This document shows positions 9,057 to 17,640 of a DNA stretch of 64,000 nucleotides, in pieces. The first letter of the stretch is position 1. The number at the start of each line of letters is the position of its first letter. Below the pieces are notes generated by a model. The model was given only the letters and a program-made list of their open reading frames with translations, made no database searches and was not told where the DNA came from. Both the position numbers and the translations under genes were made by a program. Source of the stretch: a virus (lineage: Duplodnaviria; Caudoviricetes); IMG/VR virus record IMGVR_UViG_3300015608_002982, positions 25,286-89,285 of that record. The stretch is one strand, 5' to 3'.

Positions 9057-9515
9057 TTATTTATTTTCAATTATCATGAAATCAAACTCGCCATTTTTAT
9101 GAGTTGATAATAAAAAGAAATAACCCATAGACTCAATTCTATATTGAACATCTTTAGTTATTTCAAAAAATTTATATAAATTATTATTTGGTACACCAAA
9201 TACTCTTTGATTATCACCTCTTTGTATATCGGTTGCAAAGTAACCATCTTTAAAAAATTCACTAAAAGAAACTTGAATTCCTTTATGAAGATTTGGTTGG
9301 CTTTCCCAATAGTTAGCCGGAATGTTGACAAATCCTTTAGTCAATTCATTACCAACTGGCATGAAATCTTGACCATCAAAAATCTTAAATGCTTTATATT
9401 TCAATGTATATTTAGCGTCACATTCTACATACTCAGATAAAATGTCGTGGAGTATTGATTCGTCAGAGAAAATATCTTCTTCGTTTGATTCATTGAATTT
9501 TTTTAAGTGTTTCAT
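9057..9515 (-). CDS. Putative virion internal protein (CTS-like N-terminus)
   Basis: MKHLKKFNE; start refined to ATG 9515. Confidence 0.6.
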   Translation of the reverse strand: MKHLKKFNESNEEDIFSDESILHDILSEYVECDAKYTLKYKAFKIFDGQDFMPVGNELTKGFVNIPANYWESQPNLHKGIQVSFSEFFKDGYFATDIQRGDNQRVFGVPNNNLYKFFEITKDVQYRIESMGYFFLLSTHKNGEFDFMIIENK

Positions 9516-9521
9516 TAACAC

Positions 9522-9530
9522 TATATATTA
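9522..9530 (-). promoter_or_regulatory. TAATATATA phage promoter motif heading the 9515->6852 cluster
   Basis: 6 nt upstream of ATG 9515. Confidence 0.55.
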
Positions 9531-9532
9531 AA

Positions 9533-9644
9533 TTAAAGACATGATAAATATCTTTCACCCCTATCACACAGTATAGTAATAACTCCACCTTCCTGATATT
9601 TTTAGAAGAGGTGTTTTACCGACTTCGGAAGATAATTTTTCCAT
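9533..9644 (-). pseudogene. Deletion scar of a cysteine synthase (CysK/CysM-like) gene
   Basis: MEKLSSEVGKTPLLKIS (compare IGNTPLV) joined out of frame to EGGVITILCDRGERYLSCL* (compare VVTILPDSGERYLS). Confidence 0.6.
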
Positions 9645-9660
9645 TAAAAAGAAATAATTT

Positions 9661-10707
9661 TTATGTTTTATATAATTTATAAAATGTTTTTTTTGATATT
9701 TTTAGCTTTTTTATTATGTCAGAGTTTTTAAATCCAACTCTTTGTAGCTTCAATATCTCATCTTTTACTATTATATATTTTTCTTGCCTTGTTAGTCTAT
9801 CTTCGTCTATGTTATCCCATTTTCTCTTCATAATAGGCAAATTTAATCTAAGGCATTCTTTTTTTATTTTCCTTAAAAGTATGTTATTTGATATTGTTAA
9901 AATTGAATATCCGTCATTTCCTATTCTAGAATATGTTTTTTCTTTATTAATCAAGAAATATTCATATAGAAAATTTTCAATAAATAATAAATTATTTAAC
10001 CATGATTTATGAAGATGTATTCTTATATTTGAATCCTCTCTTTTATACACTTTTGATATATTACCATCACCATCAATGATTCCAATTATCAGAGAGAATA
10101 TCAATTCTTTATTGAATGTGTATAAATTGAAGTTCGGAGGATTATATGTCTTTTTTGGTCTAATCTGAAATTTTTCACATATTTTAGGACAAATTTCTTT
10201 ATTTTGTATAGAAACTAAGCACATTTTATCATTGATTATTATTTTCGAACATTCAATATAATTTTTAAACTTTTCTAAATGGTTAATATCCTTAGTGGAT
10301 AATATTATTTTTATTCTTTCGCCGTTTAATATAGTACCATCTGCTAGTATAAATCCTATCCAATAAAAACTCTCTAATTCATCATTAATCAAAATAGACA
10401 TATCAGAATCTCTGAGAAAATCATAACTCCTACTTAAATTTAGGCTATTTGATTTTAACTTTATTGAATCCCAACTCCTGTTTGGTAATAGATTTACTAA
10501 ATCCTCTTTGATCATATTTTCGTAATTTTTTACAACTATATCTATTTCATCTTCTGTCCATTTTAGACAGCTTTTAATTTTATTTGGTAGTAACTTTTTT
10601 CTTTTTTTCCTTATTGAATTCCAATTTCTATTAATTAATATTCTCAATAAGTCTTCTTTACTTTCATAAGTCTTTAAAATCTCTATTTCATCTTCTGTCC
10701 ATTTCAT
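9661..10707 (-). mobile_element. Free-standing LAGLIDADG homing endonuclease with N-terminal Myb/SANT-like repeats and C-terminal HTH
   Basis: KWTEDEI repeats x2; YWIGFILADG and LIIGIIDGDG motifs; start refined to ATG 10707 (TTATATATA at 10728-10736). Confidence 0.8.
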
Positions 10708-10775
10708 ATAAAGTCTAATATTTATTGTATATATAAAATTTTGTCCTCTTCCTTTCATGTTAATCAAAAATATAC

Positions 10776-10783
10776 TATATTTG
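10776..10783 (+). promoter_or_regulatory. Bacteroidota -7 element TAnnTTTG
   Basis: TATATTTG 4 nt before ATG 10788; no clear -33 at canonical spacing. Confidence 0.5.
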
Positions 10784-10787
10784 TGTT

Positions 10788-11396
10788 ATGAAAAATATAT
10801 GGTTCACAAGTGATACTCACTATTCTCATTCCAACATAGCCGGTGAGTCTGTTTCTCGTTGGCAAAGAGGTTACAGAGATTTTAACTCTGTTCATGAAAT
10901 GAATATGGCACTTGTTAATGGTATTAATAAATATGTAAAGGAAGATGATATTCTTTATCATCTTGGTGATTGGAGTTTTGGCGGAGTTCATAATATATTT
11001 CAATTTAGGAACCTCATTATTTGTAAAAATGTACATTTAATTTTAGGTAACCATGATCAACATATTGTTGATAAAGAAATAAAATATCATGACACCTCAT
11101 TTAACCCAATTGAACTTTTTTCATCTGTTCAAGATGTTTTAACTTTGAATATAGGTAAGACAAGATTATTTCTTTCTCACTATTCACACCGAGTTTGGTT
11201 GGGTAGTCATAAAGGTGTTATACATCTTTATGGCCACTCACATGGTTCAATTCCTGATTATGGAAAGTCAATGGATGTTGGAGTTGATGTTGCTTTTAAG
11301 AAATTTGGTGAGTATCGTCCATTTAACATTGGTGATATTACTAACATAATGTCTAAAAGAGATATAGAGAAGATAGACCATCACGGGGATTTGTAA
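10788..11396 (+). CDS. Calcineurin-like metallophosphoesterase
   Basis: SDTHYSH, HLGDW, GNHD, HLYGHSH, DVGVD motifs. Confidence 0.9.
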   Translation: MKNIWFTSDTHYSHSNIAGESVSRWQRGYRDFNSVHEMNMALVNGINKYVKEDDILYHLGDWSFGGVHNIFQFRNLIICKNVHLILGNHDQHIVDKEIKYHDTSFNPIELFSSVQDVLTLNIGKTRLFLSHYSHRVWLGSHKGVIHLYGHSHGSIPDYGKSMDVGVDVAFKKFGEYRPFNIGDITNIMSKRDIEKIDHHGDL

Positions 11397-11563
11397 TGAA
11401 GTATTTACAAAATAGATTAGCAGTATTAAAAATAATGCTTAACTCACATTATGGTGAAGGTAAAATTATTAGTAATGTTTATGAGGAAACTTATAAAATA
11501 AAAAAGAAGATTTTTGTTATAAAAAGCCGAAGAGAAAAAATAAAAAGAATATTCAATGACTGA
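11396..11563 (+). CDS. 55-aa tagged protein containing a PolB motif-B-like peptide
   Basis: Manual translation MKYLQNRLAVLKIMLNSHYGEGK...SRREKIKRIFND; overlaps both neighbours; not in ORF track. Confidence 0.6.
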   Translation: MKYLQNRLAVLKIMLNSHYGEGKIISNVYEETYKIKKKIFVIKSRREKIKRIFND

Positions 11564-11879
11564 TAGATTTGAATTGGGTGATAGAGTGGTTTGTATTAAA
11601 GAATATGAAACACTTAAAGTTGGTTCACACTACCGAGTTAATGGTAGTGGTGATTTGAGTTGGAATGCTGCTACTGATAAAAAGGGTTATGGATTTATGA
11701 TTGAAGATCAAAATTACCTATATGTTTTAGGGGTAAAAGATAGTTGGAAGCTACCATATGAAAAACAGATTAAATATTACTATTTCACCGAAAAAGAAAT
11801 GGATGAATATTTTATTACAGAACAAGAAGATTATAAAGCTTATTTAAGAGACCAAAAAATAAAACAAGTATTATCATGA
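11556..11879 (+). CDS. Hypothetical SH3-like protein with C-terminal tag
   Basis: FELGDRVVCIK start; ends LRDQKIKQVLS. Confidence 0.6.
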   Translation: MTDRFELGDRVVCIKEYETLKVGSHYRVNGSGDLSWNAATDKKGYGFMIEDQNYLYVLGVKDSWKLPYEKQIKYYYFTEKEMDEYFITEQEDYKAYLRDQKIKQVLS

Positions 11880-12745
11880 GAGACGTGAAAGGATTTTTTA
11901 AGCTTATGGATATAAGTGTTCCTTCTTATGAACACTATGATTATTATGTAGAACAACTTTCAAAAACCGAAAAGTGGAAAAATATAAAAGAACTTATTAA
12001 GTTGTTTGAAGATGCTGAAGAAAAGTATGGCGATCTTTATGAATATAGGTTCAAAAAAGCCAATGAAATTATAGAGTATTTAAAAAATACAAGAGCTTAT
12101 AATGAGCTTATCTATGATAATTTAATTCCTGATTACCCTACAACTAAAAGCTTTGAGTATTCAGAGCATAAAAAGTATCTTTCTATTGATATTAGAAAAG
12201 CTAACTGGGTAGTCTTGAAAAAGTATGATCCTGAATTTGCACCAGAGTTAGGAAACTCATATGATGATTTTATTTCTAAATTTGATGTACCTGAAATATT
12301 CAACCATTCTAAACAGCTAAGGCAGTTTATTTTTGGTAATATCAATCCCAAAAGACAAGGCAAGGCTCAACGAGTTATTGTCCAAGATTTAATAGACCGA
12401 TATGCTCATTTGAACCTTGATATAGCATGTATTAAGAATGATGAAATTATTTATTCTTTTGATACACTTGACCAAATAACTGAAATACTAAATTCAGTTG
12501 ATACAGAAAAGTTTAAAACTAAACTTTTTACTGTTAAAAGAATAGAAGATTTCCGAATTAATACATACCTATCTGAATCAGGAGAAGTTCTATACAGTGA
12601 AATGGTTGGATGCAATGGCAACTTGTTTTTTCTTTACTTAAAGAAATACATACTAAACGAACCTTTAGATATTAGAGACTTGTATTTTAGAATGGATGGT
12701 AATCTTGCTATCTGGAGTGTAGAAGGATTAAAAGTTAGCTTATGA
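11876..12745 (+). CDS. Hypothetical protein, possibly polymerase-palm-like
   Basis: LSIDIRKAN, RQFIFG and KNDEII loosely echo polymerase motifs A/B/C; function unproven. Confidence 0.45.
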   Translation: MRDVKGFFKLMDISVPSYEHYDYYVEQLSKTEKWKNIKELIKLFEDAEEKYGDLYEYRFKKANEIIEYLKNTRAYNELIYDNLIPDYPTTKSFEYSEHKKYLSIDIRKANWVVLKKYDPEFAPELGNSYDDFISKFDVPEIFNHSKQLRQFIFGNINPKRQGKAQRVIVQDLIDRYAHLNLDIACIKNDEIIYSFDTLDQITEILNSVDTEKFKTKLFTVKRIEDFRINTYLSESGEVLYSEMVGCNGNLFFLYLKKYILNEPLDIRDLYFRMDGNLAIWSVEGLKVSL

Positions 12746-12996
12746 TTAGGATAAATATTTATTATAAAGGACAGCTTTCTGATGGATTTAATATACATAC
12801 TGGTAGCAAAATAAACACCATTGATGATGCAAGGTATGTTGTTATATCACATCTTGATAAATTCTATTCTGATGTTAAGTATAAACTAAATTTATTTAGA
12901 CCACATGATGGTCAATCAGAAATAAACTTATACTTTGAAGATGATTTGGGTTTATCAAGAGAACTTAAACTAAGACAAATATTAGAAAATGATTGA
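12742..12996 (+). CDS. Hypothetical protein with C-terminal tag
   Basis: Ends SRELKLRQILEND. Confidence 0.6.
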   Translation: MIRINIYYKGQLSDGFNIHTGSKINTIDDARYVVISHLDKFYSDVKYKLNLFRPHDGQSEINLYFEDDLGLSRELKLRQILEND

Positions 12997-13615
12997 TATT
13001 TTTGATAAAAAGCCTATTGATAAGACAAATGTAGTTTGTCACTCTGGTGGCGCACCAGGTGCTGATACTGTTTGGGAAACCGACGGTTCACTATTTAGTG
13101 TTTCTACCAGAGCTTATTCATATAAGACTCCAAAACATCAATCAGTCAACAAAGTTGAGATATCTGATGAAGACTATAAGGAAGGTATAGTTGAAGTCAA
13201 TAAGGCTAATAAATGGTTAAATAGATACGGGATTCATAAATATATGAATCTCTTAGCACGCAACTGGGCTCAAGTAAAATACTCAGAACAGATTTTTGCC
13301 ATTGGTACTATCATCAAACCTGGTGACAAAAACACAAAAGGTTACTACAATAAGGGAAAATATGAAATAGTTGATGGTGGTACTGGTTACGCTGTTATGA
13401 TGGGTATAAACAATAAACGTGATGTTTTTGTATTTGACCAAACTAAAGATAAGTGGTTTAGATGGTCATATTCAACAATGAGTTTTATTGAAATGAAAGA
13501 TATTCCTGAAATAACCACTCAGAATTTTGCTGGAATAGGAACCAGAGAAATTAAAGCTAATGGTGAAAAAGCCATTAGAGATGTATATGAAAAGACATTT
13601 AAAAATAAAATATAG
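12989..13615 (+). CDS. SLOG-superfamily (DprA/YspA-like) nucleotide-binding protein
   Basis: HSGGAPGAD, GGTGYAV, FAGIGTR motifs. Confidence 0.6.
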   Translation: MIDIFDKKPIDKTNVVCHSGGAPGADTVWETDGSLFSVSTRAYSYKTPKHQSVNKVEISDEDYKEGIVEVNKANKWLNRYGIHKYMNLLARNWAQVKYSEQIFAIGTIIKPGDKNTKGYYNKGKYEIVDGGTGYAVMMGINNKRDVFVFDQTKDKWFRWSYSTMSFIEMKDIPEITTQNFAGIGTREIKANGEKAIRDVYEKTFKNKI

Positions 13616-13617
13616 AA

Positions 13618-14085
13618 ATGAAAACAATCCTAACAAAAGAGGGTAAAGTGAAAATTCAAGAAGAGTTGAATTTTCTTCTAACAATAGAAAAGAATAGAGT
13701 TATAACTGAACTTGCGGATGCTCGCGAGGCTGGACAACTTGAAGAAAATACTCAGTACTTAGTAGCTAAAGACGAGTATGAAAAGTTACAATCAAAAATT
13801 GAGAAACTGCAATCTGTTTTATCAAATGCTACAATAGTTGACTCAAATGACTTAACAACTGATAAGGTAATGATTCTATCAAAAGTTAGAGTATTAAATA
13901 CTAACAATGGTAAAGAAATGACTTTTAGTATTGTTCCTGAAAATGAAATTGACTTAAAATCTTTTAAGATTTCACCAAATAGTCCGATTGGTTCTGGTCT
14001 AATGGGTAGAAAAGTTGATGAAGTTTGCCAAGTAAAAACACCAGCCGGTACATTTGAATTTAAAATTCTTGAAATATCATTATGA
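13618..14085 (+). CDS. greA: GreA-family transcription elongation factor (first catalytic Asp replaced by Gln)
   Basis: LTKEG...AREAGQLEENTQY coiled coil; ISPNSPIGSGLMGRKVDEV...TPAG..FKILEI. Confidence 0.9.
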   Translation: MKTILTKEGKVKIQEELNFLLTIEKNRVITELADAREAGQLEENTQYLVAKDEYEKLQSKIEKLQSVLSNATIVDSNDLTTDKVMILSKVRVLNTNNGKEMTFSIVPENEIDLKSFKISPNSPIGSGLMGRKVDEVCQVKTPAGTFEFKILEISL

Positions 14086-14489
14086 AAAAATTAATTAGTT
14101 TTGACTTTGATGGTACTTTAGTTGATGAGTTTGGAGGACACCCAATGAATAGTCAAAAAGATGAAATCCAATCACTTGCTAAAAAGTATATTAGTCAAGG
14201 TCATGAAGTTATAATCGTTACAAAAAGGTATGGTCCTGAAAATCCACACCTTGGTCTTAAAAACGAGCATGTAGAAGTATATGAATTAGCTAAGAAATTA
14301 GGAATACAAAGAGTCTATTTTACAAATAGAGAATGGAAGTTTGGATATCTAATGAACTTAGGAGTTAATATGCATTTTGAAAACTCTGATAGTGAGATTG
14401 ATTACATGAATAGAGCATTTGAAGAACAAAATTACAAGTGCTTAGTTGTTCCTGTAGAAGATCCATATTGGAGAGATTTAGTTTATTAA
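14082..14489 (+). CDS. HAD-superfamily hydrolase
   Basis: ISFDFDGTL motif I, IVTKR, HFEN. Confidence 0.7.
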   Translation: MKKLISFDFDGTLVDEFGGHPMNSQKDEIQSLAKKYISQGHEVIIVTKRYGPENPHLGLKNEHVEVYELAKKLGIQRVYFTNREWKFGYLMNLGVNMHFENSDSEIDYMNRAFEEQNYKCLVVPVEDPYWRDLVY

Positions 14490-14501
14490 AATAAGTTTAC
14501 T

Positions 14502-14897
14502 ATGATAAAGATGCCAGATAAGATTTATGTTGATAAATCACCAATACACGGCTGGGGTGTTTTTGCCAAGGAAAAAATACTAAAAGACGAAATAATTGAA
14601 GAGTGTCCTATTCTTACCTTACCAATTAAAAAAGATGAGAGTACTTCTCTTCTAATTGACTATAGGTTTAATTTTCCAACTGGTACACAAGATTGGACTG
14701 AACAAGTTATTCCTTTTGGTTATGGTTGTCTTTATAATCACTCAAATCAACCAAATGCTTATTGGTGTTCTATTGGTGTTAAGAGAACATTTATTTTTGT
14801 CGCTTTAAGAGATATAGAACCTGGTGAGGAAATATTTACCTATTACGGTGATGATAACTATTGGAATGATGGTAGAACACATACTGAAGTAAAATGA
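14502..14897 (+). CDS. SET-domain lysine methyltransferase
   Basis: IHGWGVFAKEKI, YNHSNQPNA, ALRDIEPGEEIFTYYG. Confidence 0.9.
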   Translation: MIKMPDKIYVDKSPIHGWGVFAKEKILKDEIIEECPILTLPIKKDESTSLLIDYRFNFPTGTQDWTEQVIPFGYGCLYNHSNQPNAYWCSIGVKRTFIFVALRDIEPGEEIFTYYGDDNYWNDGRTHTEVK

Positions 14898-15265
14898 CAA
14901 AAGAAGATTTTATAGAATTTATAAAAGAGTTAGGTTTTACTCAAACTTGGAGGTCAGAGGGTAATTCCTTTTCTATGGCAACTGATGTAGTTGGACTACC
15001 AAACTCAAACTATGCAGCTTTTGCTGACCAGTTAAATATAACTATAAGTGATGATCATGATTTGTTTCAATTATCACTTTCACAAATGAGTTCACACATG
15101 ATGGGTGGTAAAAACTTTGGTAAATTTAGTTTGAAGACATTTGGTGAAAAAAACGACTTTCAAATAGAGATATTTATGAGTTTTATTAAAGGCTCATTTA
15201 AAAAGGCACCTGATAGTATTATTCAGTTTATGAGAGATAGAAAAATCTCCGATATTTTAAAATAA
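14894..15265 (+). CDS. Hypothetical protein with C-terminal tag
   Basis: Ends MRDRKISDILK. Confidence 0.6.
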   Translation: MTKEDFIEFIKELGFTQTWRSEGNSFSMATDVVGLPNSNYAAFADQLNITISDDHDLFQLSLSQMSSHMMGGKNFGKFSLKTFGEKNDFQIEIFMSFIKGSFKKAPDSIIQFMRDRKISDILK

Positions 15266-15277
15266 TTTCATATATTT

Positions 15278-15661
15278 GTGACTATGAATGAAGGCGATGT
15301 AGTTATAGAAATGACACCGTTTATATTTGAAGATGGTAATACCTACTACTTTCAGATATTAAAGCGTAGTCACTCTAATGATTATCATGATATTTATGTA
15401 TATGAGAAGATTAGAGAAGAAAAAAGCTTTTTTGGTATAAAAAGAGTTAATGAGTATTTTAAACAGATTAATAAAAGTCCAGAATTGGTATCAGTTGATT
15501 TAAATACTGATAAAATTAAAAGAGATATCAAAAAAATATTGATAGCAACAAAAGCTTTTCACCAATTGAAAAATTGGGATGGTTTTGTTGGTGATATACC
15601 TAGTGATGTAAAAGTGGCTCTTAAACGAGAGAACTCTTTGAAAAACATTTTAGGTGAGTAA
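15278..15661 (+). CDS. Hypothetical protein with C-terminal tag
   Basis: Ends KRENSLKNILGE. Confidence 0.6.
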   Translation: MTMNEGDVVIEMTPFIFEDGNTYYFQILKRSHSNDYHDIYVYEKIREEKSFFGIKRVNEYFKQINKSPELVSVDLNTDKIKRDIKKILIATKAFHQLKNWDGFVGDIPSDVKVALKRENSLKNILGE

Positions 15662-15679
15662 TATATACATTATGATTAA
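15659..15679 (+). repeat. TAATATATACATTATGATTAA promoter-plus-start cassette (identical copies at 36519-36539 and 43644-43664)
   Basis: 21-nt exact identity at three loci, each spanning the motif and ATG of a CTS-like gene. Confidence 0.7.
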
Positions 15680-16157
15680 ATTTAGTGAAATGGTTAGTGA
15701 AAATGTAAGTGATAAATCTAATTTTAAGTTAGGATTAGATGTACATGGTGTTGTTGATGCTCTTCCTGAGTTCTTTGCTTTTTTAGCAGACTCATTTATT
15801 AAAAATGGAGGAGAAGTACATATTTTAACAGGTGGACATTGGAATGAAGAATTTGAGAATCAACTAAAGTCTTTAGGTATTAAATGGACTCATAAGTTCT
15901 CAGTCTATGATTACTTGATTGAAAAAGAAACCGGAATAGTTGGTGAAATAGAATTTCCAGATGGAACTATTCAAAAGAAGTTTGAAGATGGTGCTTGGGA
16001 TAAAGTAAAAGCAGAATATTGTAGACAGAATAATATATCACTTCATATTGATGATACTCTTATCTATAATGATTTCTTTACAACACCATTTGCTAGATTG
16101 TGGTCACACAATCAAAAACCTAAAGCATCTCATAAAGATGTTAGACATTTAGACTAA
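15672..16157 (+). CDS. HAD-like hydrolase with CTS-like N-terminus
   Basis: Start refined to MIKFSEMVSE; LGLDVHGVVD, HILTGG, HIDD motifs. Confidence 0.65.
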   Translation: MIKFSEMVSENVSDKSNFKLGLDVHGVVDALPEFFAFLADSFIKNGGEVHILTGGHWNEEFENQLKSLGIKWTHKFSVYDYLIEKETGIVGEIEFPDGTIQKKFEDGAWDKVKAEYCRQNNISLHIDDTLIYNDFFTTPFARLWSHNQKPKASHKDVRHLD

Positions 16158-16636
16158 TGATTAATAAGATTAATAAATTTTTTGAATTTAACCCTTACGA
16201 AAGCAAAATGAAACAATCAGCTGGTGTTATAATTATTTTAAATAATGAAAAAATATTAATTTGTCATCCATCAAATGCTAAGTGGATGGCATCATATTCA
16301 TTTCCAAAGGGCGGAATTGATGAAGGTGAAACTATTAAGCAAGCTGCTATAAGAGAGTTGTTTGAAGAAACATCAGTCCTTGTTGACGAATCTAAAATAT
16401 CAAAAGAGCCTTTAGTTCTTGATTACATGAACTACAAGAAAAAAGATTTAGTTTATAAAAGAATATACCTTTACACTATGTATATTAATGATGTTTCTGA
16501 AATTGGATTAGACTCTGAGGTAATTCCTAAAGAAAAACTGCAATTAGAAGAAATTGACTGGGCTGGTTTTGTAACTAAGGAAGAAGCTAGAGTTAGACTT
16601 TTTCATAAGAGTGTTCCTATACTTGATAAGATTTAA
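16157..16636 (+). CDS. NUDIX hydrolase with weak CTS-like N-terminus
   Basis: FPKGGIDEGETIKQAAIRELFEETS Nudix box; MINKINKFFE start. Confidence 0.85.
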   Translation: MINKINKFFEFNPYESKMKQSAGVIIILNNEKILICHPSNAKWMASYSFPKGGIDEGETIKQAAIRELFEETSVLVDESKISKEPLVLDYMNYKKKDLVYKRIYLYTMYINDVSEIGLDSEVIPKEKLQLEEIDWAGFVTKEEARVRLFHKSVPILDKI

Positions 16637-16681
16637 ACAAATCTTAGTTATTTTGGTATAACTAAAAAATAAAATTTAGTT

Positions 16682-17110
16682 ATGCCTTTGCCATATTTTA
16701 ATAATCCTAATAATGTTAATTTAAATTCTGCTATTAATTCTATTCCTTTTGCTATGAATTATCAGGTAGAAGAAAAAATTGAACTTGATTTAAATAATCC
16801 TATATTTGTAGCTTATGTAAATACAAATGGTCATAGTAGACAAGCCGCAGAAGAACATTTACATAGTGTGAAAAAAATGTTTAGTGTTTATAAGAATATA
16901 ACTGTTTGGGTTATAGCTTCTAATGAAACTAGAATTGAGTGCGTTTATGATGGTCAATGTAGAACTCGTGATATGGAAATAAGTGACCTAATAAAAGAAA
17001 TAAATACAAGGATAGATATAATGTCTAGATCAAACTCTTTTGACGATTTCAAAATTAACATTAGAGATTGGCGAATAAATGAACTTGTAAATGGCTCACA
17101 GGAAAAGTAA
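16682..17110 (+). CDS. Tagged protein containing a T4 portal (gp20)-like peptide
   Basis: VAYVNTNGHSRQAAEEHLHSV vs T4 gp20 [21 protein letters not shown]; near C-terminus IRDWRINELV. Confidence 0.55.
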   Translation: MPLPYFNNPNNVNLNSAINSIPFAMNYQVEEKIELDLNNPIFVAYVNTNGHSRQAAEEHLHSVKKMFSVYKNITVWVIASNETRIECVYDGQCRTRDMEISDLIKEINTRIDIMSRSNSFDDFKINIRDWRINELVNGSQEK

Positions 17111-17468
17111 AATAGAAATACTTGATAAAATAATAACAAAACAAGAAATTCAGGAAGGTCTTGAATATGGTTGTTGGTGGGATTATGATGATTGGGACTA
17201 TCATGATGATTATTGTGACTGTTATGCTTGTATGCCAATTGACTACGAATACTTACCTGATGAATTTCAACCTAAGTCAATTACACATATAAGCAAAAGA
17301 GGCATTAGAATAACTGAACACACATTTTCACCGGGGAAGCTTATAGATATGACTTCTATTTATTCTAAGGAAGTTTTAAGACAAAAAAGAATTAACCATA
17401 TTTTAGGCATAGAATTAATGGAAAATTCTCGTCCAACTTTAGCTGATATTTTGAATATTAAAAAATAA
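17091..17468 (+). CDS. Hypothetical protein with Asp/Trp/Tyr/Cys-rich segment and tag
   Basis: CWWDYDDWDYHDDYCDCYAC; LRQKRINHILG. Confidence 0.55.
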   Translation: MAHRKSKIEILDKIITKQEIQEGLEYGCWWDYDDWDYHDDYCDCYACMPIDYEYLPDEFQPKSITHISKRGIRITEHTFSPGKLIDMTSIYSKEVLRQKRINHILGIELMENSRPTLADILNIKK

Positions 17469-17480
17469 TTCGTATCTTTG
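17450..17480 (+). promoter_or_regulatory. Bacteroidota housekeeping-sigma promoter
   Basis: TTTG 17450-17453, 19-nt spacer, TATCTTTG 17473-17480. Confidence 0.75.
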
Positions 17481-17499
17481 TATAACAAACATAAAAGAT

Positions 17500-17640
17500 A
17501 TGGATACAACAACTGTAGTTTCGGATGTTCTTGATAAACAAGATTTAGATGTTAATTTGGTTGGTGATTTTCTTCAGATGGCTGAAGATTATAAGTATCA
17601 AGTCTTAATGGATGAACTCAACGCTGAGTTAAATTCTTAA
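17500..17640 (+). CDS. 46-aa acidic peptide
   Basis: MDTTTVVSDVLDKQDLDVNLVGDFLQMAEDYKYQVLMDELNAELNS, with its own host-type promoter; not in ORF track. Confidence 0.55.
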   Translation: MDTTTVVSDVLDKQDLDVNLVGDFLQMAEDYKYQVLMDELNAELNS

